DNA of 64,000 nt from Azolla caroliniana (Eukaryota; Plantae; Polypodiophyta): positions 12,710,001 through 12,774,000 of the forward strand of contig JBHGNT010000015.1 of assembly GCA_043228905.1 (NCBI GenBank), given 5' to 3'. The notes below the pieces were generated by a model. That model saw only the letters and a list, made by a program, of their open reading frames with translations, searched no databases and was not told the DNA's origin. This document shows, in pieces, positions 48,691 to 62,303 of the stretch (position 1 is the stretch's first letter; each line of letters opens with the position of its first letter). The translations under genes and the position numbers were made by a program.

Positions 48691-51600
48691 TGTCAGGGAT
48701 AGTACTAGAGGAAAGGAGAATTAGTACTAAAAGTAGAGGAGAAGAATAAGGATTAGTACTAAGAAGGGAAAGAGTTGTGAGAACCATGTGAGAGGAGAGA
48801 GAGAGAGATAATGATGACAACAAGAAGTATATTATATTATAAGAAGAAAGATACATGAACAACTAGGAGGCTTAAGACTGGTGTTGAACCGAATTGGTTC
48901 TCAATAATGCCATGTGCCTCTTTTTATAGTATGTTTAGGAGTACTCTTGATATTTCTAGAATGTTCCAAAGAAATCTAGAATATGCATGGAGTGAAATAA
49001 TAAATGGAAATAATTATTTTTGTATTACAATCTATAGCTTAATGGTAAGGCTTCAACTTATGTGACACAAGGTCATGGGTTCAAAATCTTTTTGAAGCCA
49101 TACCATGGTATATCATGACACTACTCCCCCCACTTAAGACAATGAGTAGGACCTGGCTTGTCAGTATATTACCGATGGAAGTCCTCAATAAGAGCTCAAG
49201 CATTTACCACATTCTCGACTGGTTCCCAAGTACGCTCACTTGGACTATAGCCCAACCAATTGATCAAATAATAGAGCTTGTTGCGAACAATCTTGGAATT
49301 GAGGATGGTAGCAACTTCGTACTCCGGTCTAGCTTCAAGCTCGATCAGGGGTGGAGGTGGTGTAATACGATTCGGGATAGTGTTGACGCGATAGGGTTCG
49401 AGAAGAGAATTATGAAAAACCAAATGTATCCGTAGTTGTGGAGGTAGATCAAGACGATAAGTGACATCATTAATTTTTTTGATAATACGGAAAGGACCTA
49501 ATCATCGATAATCCAATTTATCGCATGGTTGAGTAGTCTTGATATGCCGTCGTAATAGCCATACCCGATTTCCAATGTCAAAACAAGATGGAAGCCGATG
49601 ATGATCCACATAAGCCTTTTGTGTTTGTTGAGCTTGATGTAAATGGGTAGATAGATCTACTTGTATCTTGCGTAGCCGCTCCAAATGATCCACTGCACGA
49701 GGATTTGTGGATAACTCTAGAGTTTCGAGTACACACCATTGAGGATGATAGCATGTATAAGCATAAAATGGTGTAACCCTAGTCAATGAGTGGATAGAGT
49801 TATTGTAAGAAAATTTGGCAAAGTTGAGAATATCCGCCCAATCATCTTGTTGATAGCTTAGATAACACTGAAGATACTGTTCCAGCATTTGATTTGTTCG
49901 TTCTGCTTGTTCGTTTGTTTGAGGATGATAGCCGGAGGAGAGGTTACAAGTGACATTAAGCACTTTGAAGAGATGCTTCCAGAATGTCGAGACAAATTGA
50001 GGTCCACGGTCGCTGATGATATTATCCAGGAGGCCATGATGCCGAATTACCTCATGCATGACAACTTCGACGGTTTCTTCACTAGTGATTGCCTTAGTAC
50101 AAGACAGGAAATGTGCCATCTTAGTATATCAATCTACTATTGTTAAGATCGCATCAAATCCCTTTGAAACTAGAAGATCTGTGATAAAATCTAGAGCAAT
50201 GGACTGCCACGGCTTGCTTGGAAGTGGTAATGGTTCCAATAAACCATATGGATGATGTCTTGGCATCTTTGCTCTACAACATGTATCACATGTCCAAACA
50301 TAGTCTTTGACAAATTGTCGCATATGAGGCCACCAAAATGATCGTTGTACTTAATTCAACGTTTTAGTACTACCAAAATGTCCCGTTGTATATGTGTCAT
50401 GACAATTTTGGACTACTCGAAGGCGACAAGAACCATTGGGAACATACAAGATTTTCTTAAAGAATAGTAATCGATCATGACATTTGAATTGTCGATAATC
50501 CGTACCTAGTTGTTGTGACTGTGAACAGGTTGCCCACGAGGAATCAATTTGCGCCGAAATGTCTTGAGTGAAAGCGTCTGTCTTCAAGTCTTCACATATG
50601 GTCTCGATAATACGAGAATCCAATGGAGTATCACAAACCCACGTTGCTTGTAGTCGTGATGGTCCTAGGATGACTTGCTTTTGATTATCGAATGCTAGAT
50701 CACCGGGACGAGGTGCTAGATACGAGCGTCGCGATAATGCATCTGCCTTCCCTTGTAATTTTGAAGTCGAAGTGAGTGAGGAATTGGGCCCACCGAGCTT
50801 GACGTTGATTTAATACACGAGCATTCTAGAAATAGGCAAGGTTTTTGTGATCACTAAATACAATGATTTGATGAGAAGATCCCTCTAAAAAATGCCTCCA
50901 TTGTGCAAAAGAGTCAACTATTGCTAATAGCTCCTTGTCATGTATCTCATAGTTTATTTCGGCGGCGTCAAACTTGCGTAAGTGGAAAGCCATAGGATGT
51001 AGTTTTTCATCATCGCCTTATAGTGACAGAATGCTACCAAGGGTGAAATCCGACGTGTCTGCCTCCATGATGAACGGTTTTTTCATATCAACATGAGCTA
51101 GAATAGGAGTTGATGTAAATGCTTTCTTAAAACTTACAAAACCCGTGTCCGCTTCCTTAGACCAAACAAACAACTGCCCCTTCTTGGTAAGCTGTGGGAG
51201 AGGCAAAATAAGCTTTGAGTAGTCCTATATAAACTTGCGGTAGAAATTTGTGAAGCCTAGAAAACATTGCACATCTCGCAACAAACGGGGAGTCTGCCAC
51301 TCTACCACTATTTTGACCTTAGTTGGATCCATGGAGATGCCTTCCGAGGAGATGACATAGCCTAGAAATTCCACATGATTGCAGTCAAAACTACATTTTT
51401 CCAGTTTTGCATAAAGACCATGTTCTCGAAGTCGTTTTAGTACTAATAGTACATGAGAATCATGCTCTTCTTGAGTCTTCGAATAAACTAGTAGATCATC
51501 CAAATAGATGATCAAACAAATATCCAAGAGATCTTGGAATATATCATTTGCCATGTGTTGGAAGACTATTGGCGCATTGTGAGACCAAATGGCATAACCG

Positions 51601-52384
51601 TATACTCGAAGTACCCGTATCGGGTGCGAAAAGTGGTCTTCCATTCATCTCCTGGTCGGATCCGTACGAGGTTATATGCACCTCGTAAGTCAATCTTTGT
51701 GAAGAATTTTGCACCATTAACCCGTTCTAAAAGACTCAAGATAAGGGGAAGTGCATACCTATTCCTGATGGTGACCTTATTTAAGCCACAGTATCTATGA
51801 CGAGACAAAGTGATCCATCCTTTTTCTTCACAAAGAAAATGGGTGCGCCCGCTGGAGATTTCGAATGTCGAATGAACCCATTCGCCAAATTCTCCTCTGT
51901 GTAGGCTCGAAGGACTTCTAGCTTGGTTGGTGACAAGTTGTAGATCGGTCCCCATGGTGGCTCTTTTCATGGTTGTAAATCAATGGAACAATCATATGGT
52001 CAATGGTGAGGAAGAGTATTGGATTGTACCTTATCAAATGTACCTTATCAAACACGTTGGCGTAATGATGGTACTTCTCTGGAAGTTGAACTATGGATTC
52101 CTCTTTAGTGGTGTTGGAAGGTCATACTGATACTGCAAATAGAAACATTGATTCCTTGCCTCCTTCGTGCAGTTGATGTAGCGAAAGGGTCGAAACCTTA
52201 TGGGCAGCTTCTCGAGGTTGTCAATACCGGATTTCTCTTGTTCTCCCATCTATGCCCGGATTGTGTAACTCGAACCATGGTAACCCCAAAACAATGGGAT
52301 GTCCTGGACTACTAATTATATTGAATGATACTACACATGCCAAATCATCTAGGACAACATTAATTGGCTCTGACTCTTCTACAA
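48691..52384 (-). mobile_element. Tcn1-like chromovirus (copy D): 3' LTR 48691-49120 plus decayed pol; interrupted at 52385, rest outside window
   Basis: LTR related to A and B; INT, RH, RT and PR fragments collinear with copies A and B. Confidence 0.9.
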
Positions 52385-53601
52385 TGTCGTGGAGAAAACC
52401 GTCCCTAGGAGGAATCGGTGGATGGTGTGCATGAACCGGCCCTTACACACAGGCACATGTTTTGATATATTTACATACATAGTTAAGTACAGGTTGGCGA
52501 TGTAATTATCCTAGGTAGCACGAATTCATTAAGTAGGGAATCAAAGAGGATCTTTGTCCGAAAGGATAGAGAATAACAATGATTTAACAGTTTGTAAACG
52601 ACTCTCTCTCCTTGTGCTATAAAAGGAGAGGAAAAGGGCCTGAGTAGGGATCGCGCGTTTTTGAGAGGACAAAGTGTTGTTGGATTGGGAACTGAGCTCT
52701 CTCCTCCACCATCATTGTTGTTTCTGTAGGGATTTTGGGTTAGGTTGGTTGCCTCTCCTACGTGAAAGCCCGCGTGCTTCCAGTAGAGGCTCCATTGCGT
52801 ATTTCAGTGCGTGTGTTCGTCTGTGTTGAGTCTGTCACCGGCTTGCCAATTGTAACATTGCAAGCTCTGTAATCTATACTGTTATTGGAATTGATACTTT
52901 CGTTTCTGTCTCTCTATGTTTCTACGAACCTCTCCCCCTCTCATCTCTCGTGCTCCTCGGTTCAGGGCCCCCGCGGTCCCGCCTTATTTTATACGCGAGA
53001 CCGTTACAACACGACATATATTTGGTGAACCCGACGTGAATTAAGGCGGCAGAGGAATCGAAAATGAGGGGATCAGAGCTCGTCGAAGCCATGGCGGTAG
53101 CAGTCGATCGGATAGTAAGTGCTCGCGAGGGTAGGGGTGCCCTCGACAGGGCCATCGAAGCAACTGTTGGCACAATAGGCCGGTTCGATGGGAAGGATGC
53201 CACGAGTTATTTGGTGGCCTACCGAGCCGAAATGGTGATGAGAGACATCCCGGAGGAGAGGCGTTTGGCTGGGTTCCCTCGGGTATCCACGTAGAGGTGC
53301 TTGAGGTGCAGGCTGGATGCCGAACCTGGGGGGAATTTGAAGCGCAGCTCCTCGAACAGTACGGGCTTGATGACACACTTCGGTTATCAAAGCAGGACTT
53401 TATGGATTGGGTGGAGACCCCAGGAAAGGGGAGGAATGCGTCAACACTCCTTCGAGAGTTTGAGGAACGCTTCACACACCTCTCAACACTGGACAAGACC
53501 GTACTGGACACGAGCCACGTCCTTTTATTCATCAAAGTTGTGGACGTACGAGATCGGGAGCAAGTGGGTCTCCTATTGGAGACGGGCGATGGGCTAACGC
53601 C

Positions 53602-56600
53602 CGTCATGATATGGCAAGACTCGAACCCATTACCTTATGGTATATGGGTCGAGCTCTTAACCATCACACCATCTATTGTAATTCATAGAATATTATTTTC
53701 ATTTATGTTTTATTATAAGAAAGTAATGTATATTCTAGATTTCTCTAGAACATTCTAGAAGTTTCAGGATTACTCCTGACAACACTATAAAAGAAGGCAC
53801 TAGACATTATGTTGAACCAAATTGGTTCAACACCAGTCTTAAGCCTCTTAGCCGCTTTGTACTTATCTTTTCACATAATATATTAGCCGCTGTCATCATC
53901 TTTCTCTCTCTCTCATCCTCGCTATCTCTCTCTCCTCTTCTCACTTCCTCTCTCGGGAATCTCACGCATCCCGTCCTCTTAGTACTAATAGTACTTCTCT
54001 TATTAGTATTAATTCCATCTTTGCTTTAGTACTATTCCTGACAGTTTGAACCAATTTTTCTTCCTTTCCTCCTACCCTTTTCCCTATACTATAGCTACTG
54101 TTAGTGCCCAAGAATATCAATCCGTTTTCTCCGAGTTACAGTGCCTAAAAGAAAAGTTTGTTGCCCTGGAACAAGAAAACCAACGGTTGATAGGGGATCT
54201 GCAACAAATCGCTCTCAAAAAACAACAAACGCAACAACAACATGGCGAGTTAGCGTTACGGGTACAACAACTCGAAGCAGCGTTGCAACAACAAGGATCA
54301 AGTCCCCAAGGATTTCATAAAGAGCCCAAGATTGGACTTCCTGTGAAATTTGATGGAACATGATCGCAATTCCGGGGATTCCTTAATCAGGTACGCTTAG
54401 TCATCCAGATGCATCCTTCCCGATATCCCACTGATGCATCTCGAGTCGGCCTAATAGGCACGTTACTTAGCGGCTCAGCCTTGGCATGGTTCACTCCACT
54501 TCTAGAGAAACAATCACCCTTGCTTAATAACTTTGAAGATTTTATTGGTGAGTTTAAAGCCTGCTTTGGAGATACCGACAACATCAGGACGACGATCAAC
54601 AAGATCTGAAGATTGCGTCAAGCCGATCGTCTAGCCTCGGCCTACGCGGTAGATTTCCGTCTACTCGCCTCAGATATCCCCTGGGATGATCAGGCCCTCA
54701 TGGAGCAGTTTCGCTACGGCTTGCGCAACGATGTCAAAGACTTGCTTTTAACCTTCCCCGAGGAACCAAAGTCTCTTACGGAGGCAATCAGTCGAGCGGT
54801 CCGATGCGACAACCGCCTTTTCGAACGGCGTTCGGAACGTCAGTTACAAATACCACGCTCTCGGCCGGAACCCACATACGGCTCAGTCACAGCTAAACCG
54901 TTTGCACGCGATGTACCTCAAGCCAATATTCCGACACCGATGGAGATTGACACCATGTGTCAACGCGGCCCGTTATCGGAAGAAGAAAAGCAACGACGAC
55001 GTGCCAATCGATTATGTCTTTATTGTGGTGGACCAGGGCATATCGCCATCAATTGTCCTCATAGGCCAAAAAGACAGGTAAATCAAATCGTCGCCTGTAC
55101 TAAACCCGAGTCAATTATTCCCTTCGGAGTGTCTGATAGTATTAATAGTACTAATAGGGTGTCATATAGTATTCATAGTACTAATAGCCCAAGTATCTCA
55201 AATAAATTTGAAGTCCTTAGTCAATTAGATGAAGAGTTAAACGATTGAGTCCAGCCAAAATAGGAGCCGTTTGGTTGGACAGCAGCCCTAGATCTGTACA
55301 ACCTATTAGTGGTTCCATTCCCTCTAAGCAAGTTAGCAATGTGTTCCTAGCCCAAGTCATTGTTAGTACTAAAAGTACTCCTCCAGTACCCTTCCTAGCA
55401 CTTTTAGATTCCGGAGCTAATTCCTGTTTCATGGATCGAAATTTTGCCCAAGCTTCTCAGATATCCTTAAGAAAACTTCATTGTCCCGCATTTGTAGTAG
55501 TTATTGATGGTCGTCCCATTGCTTCCGGGAATATTGTAGAAGAATCAGAACCCATTCAAGTTGTCCTAGGTAGTTTTGTGTGTGTAATATCATTTAATAT
55601 AATTAGTAGTCCAAAGCATCCCATTGTCCTGGGATTACCTTGGTTTGAGTTACATAATCCAGCCATAGATTGGAGAACAAGAGAAGTCCGATATCGACCA
55701 CCCCAAGAATCTACTCACCGAGTTTCGACCATTTCACTCTATCAATTACGCGAAGAAGGACACAAGGAGGCAATGTTCCTATTTGCAATATCAGTACATC
55801 CTTCCAGCACTATTAAGAAGGACTCCTCAGTACAACTTCCGACAAAATATCATCCTTATGCCGATGTATTTGACAAGGTAAAAGCCGGTACCCTTCCTCA
55901 TCACCGTCCCTATGACTGTCCCATCGATTTACAACTAGGAACCGAGCCACCATGGGGACCAATTTACAACTTGTCACCCACCGAGTTAGAAGTCCTTCGA
56001 GCCTACATAGAGGAGAACTTGGCAAGCGGGTTCATCCGTCATTCGAAATCTCCGGCCGGTGCACCCATCTTCTTTGTCAAGAAGAAAGATGGCTCACTTC
56101 GTCTCGTCGTTGATTACCGCGGATTGAATAAGGTCACCATCCGGAATAGGTATGCACTTCCTCTTATATCAAGTCTTTTGGAGTGAGTTAATGGTGCCAA
56201 GTTTTTTACCAAAATCGATCTACGAGGAGCGTATAACCTCGTGCGGATCCGACCGGAAGATGAATGGAAGACTGCCTTTCGCACGCGATATGGGCATTTC
56301 GAGTATACTGTTATGCCGTTCGGCTTAACCAATGCACCCGCAGTCTTCCAACACATGGCAAATGATATATTCAGAGACCTCTTGGATATCTATTTGATCA
56401 TCTATCTGGATGATCTATTGATTTATTCGAAGACCCAGCAAGAGCACGATTCTCATGTACTATTAGTACTAAAACGACTCTGCGAGAATGGTCTTTATGC
56501 CAAGCTAGAAAAATGTAGTTTTGACTGCAAGCAAGTGGAATTTCTAGGCTACATCATCTCCTCAAAGGGCATCGCCATGGATCCAGCTAAAGTCCAAACT

Positions 56601-59270
56601 GTATTAGAGTGGCAAATTCCACGGTCGGTACGAGATGTACAATGTTTTCTAGGTTTTGCTAACTTCTACCGTAAGTTTATACAGGATTACTCGAAGATTA
56701 TTTTACCCCTCACACAACTTACGAAGAAGGGCCAAGCATTTCTTTGGTCCATTGAAGCAGATATGGCTTTTCGGCATCTTAAGAAAGCCTTTACATCAGC
56801 ACCGATTCTAGCTCATGTGGATACCAGAAAACCATTCATCATGGAGGCCGGCGCTTCAGATTTCGCTCTCGGTAGCATCCTTTCTCAACAACGAGATAAA
56901 GAAGAGTTGCATCCGGTGGCTTTCCATTCGCGCAAATTCGATGTCACGGAAATCAACTACGAAATACATGACAAGGAGTTATTAGCCATCGTGGATTTAT
57001 TTGTGCAATGGCGGCATTTCTTAGAGGGCTCTCCACATCAGGTCATTGTCTTTATTGATCATAAAAATCTTGCTTATTTCCAGAACGCTCGCGTACTAAA
57101 TCGACGGCAAGCTCGATGGGCGCAATTCCTCACGCATTTCGACTTCAAAATCACATATCGACTGGGGAAGCAGCAAGGAAAAGCAGATGCACTATCACGA
57201 CGTTCGTATCTTGCACCTCATCCTGGATCCAACATTTGATAATCAAAAGCAAGTAATCTTGGGACCAACACGATTGCACACGACACGGATTTTTCACACC
57301 CCGATGGATTCACGGATTACCGATGACATACGTGCAAACTTGAAGACAGATAGCTTTGGTCAAGACATCCCGGCGCACATTGATACTTCTCGGGCATCCT
57401 GTTCTCAGTCTCAACAACCAGGTATTGACTACCGACAATTCGAATATCATAATGGTTTGTTATTCTTTAAAAAGCGCCTATATGTCCCCGATTGCTTCTG
57501 TCGCCTTCAAATCGTCAAGCATTGTCACGACACCCATACAGCGGGACATTTCAGTAGTACTAAGACGTTGGAGCTAGTGCAACGATCTTTTTGGTAGCCC
57601 CACATGCGCCGTTTTGTTGACGACTACGTTCGGACTTGTGATGCTTGCTGCCGAGCAAAGATGCCACGACACCATCCATATGGCTTGTTGGAACCCTTAC
57701 CGATTCCAAGTAAGCCGTGGTAGTCTATTTGTCTTGATTTTATCACAGATCTGCCGGTCTCGCAGGGGTTCGATGCTATCTTAACCGTTGTTGATCGATA
57801 TACGAAGATGGCACATTTCATTTCGTGTACTAAGGCCATCACTAACGAGGAAACCGCCGCCCTAGTCATGCGTGAGGTATTTCGGCATCATGGCCTCCCA
57901 GACAGTATCATCAATGACTGAGGACCGCAATTTGTCTCCAAATTTTGGCAGCATCTCTTCAAGATGCTCAAGGTCTCTTGCAACCTCTCCTCCGGCTACC
58001 ATCCTTAGACCGATGGGCAGGCGAAACGAACAAACCAAATGCTGGAGCAATATCTCCGGTGTTTCCTGAGTTATCAGCAGGACGATTGGGTCGACATTCT
58101 CCACTTTGCGGGAGTTTGCGTATAATAATGTTGTTCACTCCTCGACTTGAGTCTCCCCATTCTATGCTTATACCGGTTCTCATCCTCGTTGGTCGGTGAT
58201 CGACACCCCGGAACTACCTACCAATCCTCGTGCCAGGGATCATTTGGAGAGACTACGCAAGATCCAGACAGATCTCTCGACTCATCTTCGTCATGCTCAA
58301 CAAACATAGAAGACTTACGCGGATCGTCATCGGATTCCCTCCTCTTTTGCCATCGGAGATCAAGTATGGCTCTTACGTCGTCACATCAAGACTACTCGAC
58401 CATGCGACAAGTTGGATTATCGACGACTCGGTCCTTTCCGTATTACGGGTAAGGTTAATGATGTCACATTCCGCCTTGATCTCCCTCTGCAGCTTCAGAT
58501 ACATCCAGTTTTCCATTGTGCTCTTCTTGAACCTTATAAAGCCAACACCATTCCCGATCGTGTTACACCACCGCCGCCCCTGCTCGAGTTGGACACCAGC
58601 CCGGAGTATGAAGTTGCTGCCATCCTCGATTCCAAACTTATTCGCAACAAACTTTATTATTTGGTTGATTGGCTTGGTTATAGTCCGAGCGAACGCACTT
58701 GGGAACCCGTCGAGCATGTTGTCAATGCTCAGGATCTGCTTGCTGATTTCCACCGAAAGTATCCGGACAAACCCGGTTTGCAATCAGCACCGACTCGTTC
58801 CACTCGTCGTCTTTCAGGGGGAGATAGTGTCATGATATGGCAAGACTCGAACCCATTACTTTATGGTATATGGGTCGAGCTCTTAACCATCACACCATCT
58901 ATTGTAATTCATAAGATATTATTTTCATTTATGTTTTATTATAAGAAAGTAATGTATATTCCAGATTTCTCTAGAACATTCTAGAAGTTTCAGGATTACT
59001 CCTGACAACACTATAAAAGAAGGCACTAGACATTATGTTGAACCAAATTGGTTCAACACCAGTCTTAAGCCTCTTAGCCGCTTTGTACTTATCTTTTCAC
59101 ATAATATATTAGCCGTTGTCATCATCTTTCTCTCTCTCTCATCCTCGCTATCTCTCTCTCCTCTTCTCACTTCCTCTCTCGGGAATCTCACGCAGTCCCG
59201 TCCTCTTAGTACTAATAGTACTTCTCTTATTAGTACTAATTCCATCTCTGCTTTAGTACTATTCCTGACA
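53602..59270 (+). mobile_element. Tcn1-like chromovirus (copy F), full length, inserted in the gag of element E
   Basis: LTRs 53602-54043 and 58828-59270 are highly similar. gag ~54090-55248, pol to ~58830 with a chromodomain, PPT AGGGGGAGATAG. No clean TSD. Confidence 0.93.
55236..55290 (+). promoter_or_regulatory. Putative -1 ribosomal frameshift signal at the gag/pol junction
   Basis: G TTA AAC in gag phase, a 6-nt spacer, then stem GTCCAGCCAAA/TTTGGTTGGAC. pol is in the -1 frame. Also present in copies A and B. Confidence 0.7.
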
Positions 59271-62200
59271 GTGGCCGATTGGGCCATGGTAAAAGGGGTC
59301 TGCGGCTGTTTCGACAAACAACGTGAGTGGGTCGACAAGGGCTCGTCGGGGGCAGGAGCGGTTGCGGCAAGAAACCTCGAGGGATCCTTGCCGGCGCGCA
59401 AGGAGGAAACCCGAGATTGGCTTGAGACAGGTTCGTCCTGCATGGTCAAGGGCCCGTCCGGCGGAGCAGCTCTGGAAGAACTGACGTAGATGGTACAAGA
59501 CCTCCAGATTGCACAAGCGAGGAGGGACGACGGCGAGCAGCCTCACGACCGAAGGCCTCGGGGTGGGCATTGGTGCTTGTGGTGTGATGCGGTTAGTCAA
59601 GTCCGGAAGGACTGCGTGGACTTCACAGAAGCAATAAGGACTAATGTAGTGTACCTATGGAATGAGAGGGTGCACGCTAGCGAGACCCGGAGAGCCCTGG
59701 AGCTGAATATTGGGCGGGGAGGAATGAAGAGGCTGATGGAAGAAGTGGCGGCGCGCCACCCGGAGACCATCCACTACTCGGCGTCGACAGGAATCCGGGT
59801 ATGGAGTGATGAAGGCTGGAAGACGAAAGACTCTGGGATCTGGCCAGTGGTGCTAGAAGGCCTCGCCGGCATGTTGTTGAGAAGGGAGGAAGCGGAACGT
59901 GCGGAAAGACGGGTCTGGGAGGTCACCGGGTGGAGCGATCCGGTCGAAGAAAAGACCGGCTTTGTGAAAGCCGCGTGCCAGAACTACGAGGTTCTGGTAG
60001 AAGACAAGCGTGCGGGAAAAACCAGAGGAGCCAGACCCTTGCAACGGTACAAGACCCGATCCGGGCCGAAGTAGAATGACGTTGGTGCTGCCGGCACATT
60101 GGATAAAGTAAAGAAAGTCGATTACCGGTTGAGTACCGAGATAGAAAGAGCGACGGACCCGCAGAAGGTCCTTGAGGGAAGTGCTCGGGATCGCCAAGAA
60201 AGAATTCCATGACTCCATAGTGGACCTAGTGAAGCGAAAAAGGCTTTCGACAAAGCCGGAGCCGGAGAAGCCGGTTGAGGTGCGAACGACGCACCTAGAA
60301 GACATGGCCCTGGAAGACGAGTTGGTGGAAAGCCACTATTCAAAGCTGCACTGGGCAAGAGCTAGTATGGAGACCCCGGTTAGGATCGGGGACGTTCAGG
60401 AGCCGGTGGTGGCATTGGTAGACCACGGTTTGGAGATCAACCTGATGTCTATGGACTTCTACAAGAAGGGCAAGTGGCCAATCAACACCAAGCACGGGTG
60501 GAAAATATGAGCGGCGACGCATGCCATGGAAGAGCTACATGGGGCTTGCCCGAATGTGCGGGTGAAAATCGGTGATGTTGAGATCGACCAACACTTCTTC
60601 GTGGAGGAGACATCCTTGCATTCGGTGATACTCGGAGAACCATACATTACGGAAACACGTATGGAGACGAAAGTGTTGGATAACGGTTCGGCGTACGCAC
60701 GCGTGAAGAGCCAAGATGGATGACACTCCATCCAATTCCTAACCATGCAACCGAACCATGAGCACAACCGCGAGACCGTTGGCGGCGAAAGCCGAGGGGA
60801 TTTTTAGAGAGAGTTATCAAGGCGTGGGGCCGCGATAGTCTGAACTCCCCAGAAACACCCCACACATGTACCATAGGAAGGAAGCCCTGTACTATAGATA
60901 GGAAATTTTGGTTCTCCGACAATGGAGGCTGTACGATAACCGACATTAGCGGTCGGGAGAAGAAACGGGCAGAGGGACGTCTCAGGGCGTGCGGAGTCCT
61001 AGGCCTCGACGATGACATTGGTGGAGCCGTGGAGGCGGTCTCTTTCGACGACACCTTGGGGGAATTAAAGAAGGTGTTCAAAGAAGGCCTGATCGAAGAC
61101 TGGACGATTCCGGTTAGTTCAGAAAAGATGTACGAAGTCATCGCCGACTTCGGGGAGAGGGTCGAATTGGATTGGACGGCCCATGTGCATACGAAGTACA
61201 AGACTGTGGACCGGAAGGTGAGGCCAGTCGCGGCACCCTTGCTGGAGGGCAACAAGTTAAGGATGAAAGGGGTCGCGACGGACCCAAGTCTATGGGATTC
61301 GGCCGACATAGGACACCGGTTCACCGACATAACGCTATGGGAGCTCAAGGTTGGTGGGGGTGGCTTTCTACTGTTGGTGGAGGAGGAACGGTTTCGGAGA
61401 ATGCTCGGGAGGCACGAGAAGGCCTTCGCATTCTCGCCGAAAGAGATCGGGTGTGTGGACCCGACGGTCGTTGAGCCGATGGTTATCTTTACGGTACCCC
61501 ATGTGCCGTGGAATCTCAAACCGATTTCGGTACCCAGAACTTACATCCCGAAGCTGATGGAGCTGCTAAAATAGAAGGTGGAGATGGGCATCCTCGAATC
61601 GTCGAGTGCCCCATACTCGAATCAGTGGTTTATCGTGCCAAAGAAGAACGACACATTGCGCTTTATTCAGGACCAGCAGCCGATCAACAAGGTGACCATT
61701 TGGAACGCAGGAATCAGACCAACCATTGACGAGTTCACGGAAGCCTTTGCTGGAAGGTCGATTTACTCGGTTGGGGATCTATACTCGGGGTACGACCAAT
61801 TCCAACTAGCCGTAGAGAGCAGGGATATTACGACAATGCGAACTCCTCTCGGCCTAGTGCGGATGTGTACCCTCCCGCAGGGGGGGGACAAACTCAGTAG
61901 CGCATATGGTGAATGCGATGAATAAGGTGCTAAGGGATTGCATTCCGGACATCACCATGCCGTTTTTGGATGACATTCCGATCAAGGGATGTCCGGTGGA
62001 GGGTAAGGACGAAACGGTCAGACCGGACGGGTTTCGGAGATTCGTCTCAGACCGCATCAGAGACTGCGAGAAGGTGCTACAAAGGTTGGAAGATGCGCGG
62101 CTCACCTTCTCCGGGGAGAAGTCAGCTTTCGGACAGTTGGAAATCATGGTTGTCGGTCATTTGTGCGGGCCTTATGGCCGGAATCCGTCTCTGGGAAAGG

Positions 62201-62303
62201 TCAAAGCCATTTCCACGATGAAAGAAGAATGCAAGTCGGTAACGGAAGTTCGGAGATTCTTGGGAGCTTGCACGTTCTACCACATTTGGATCCTGCATTA
62301 CGT

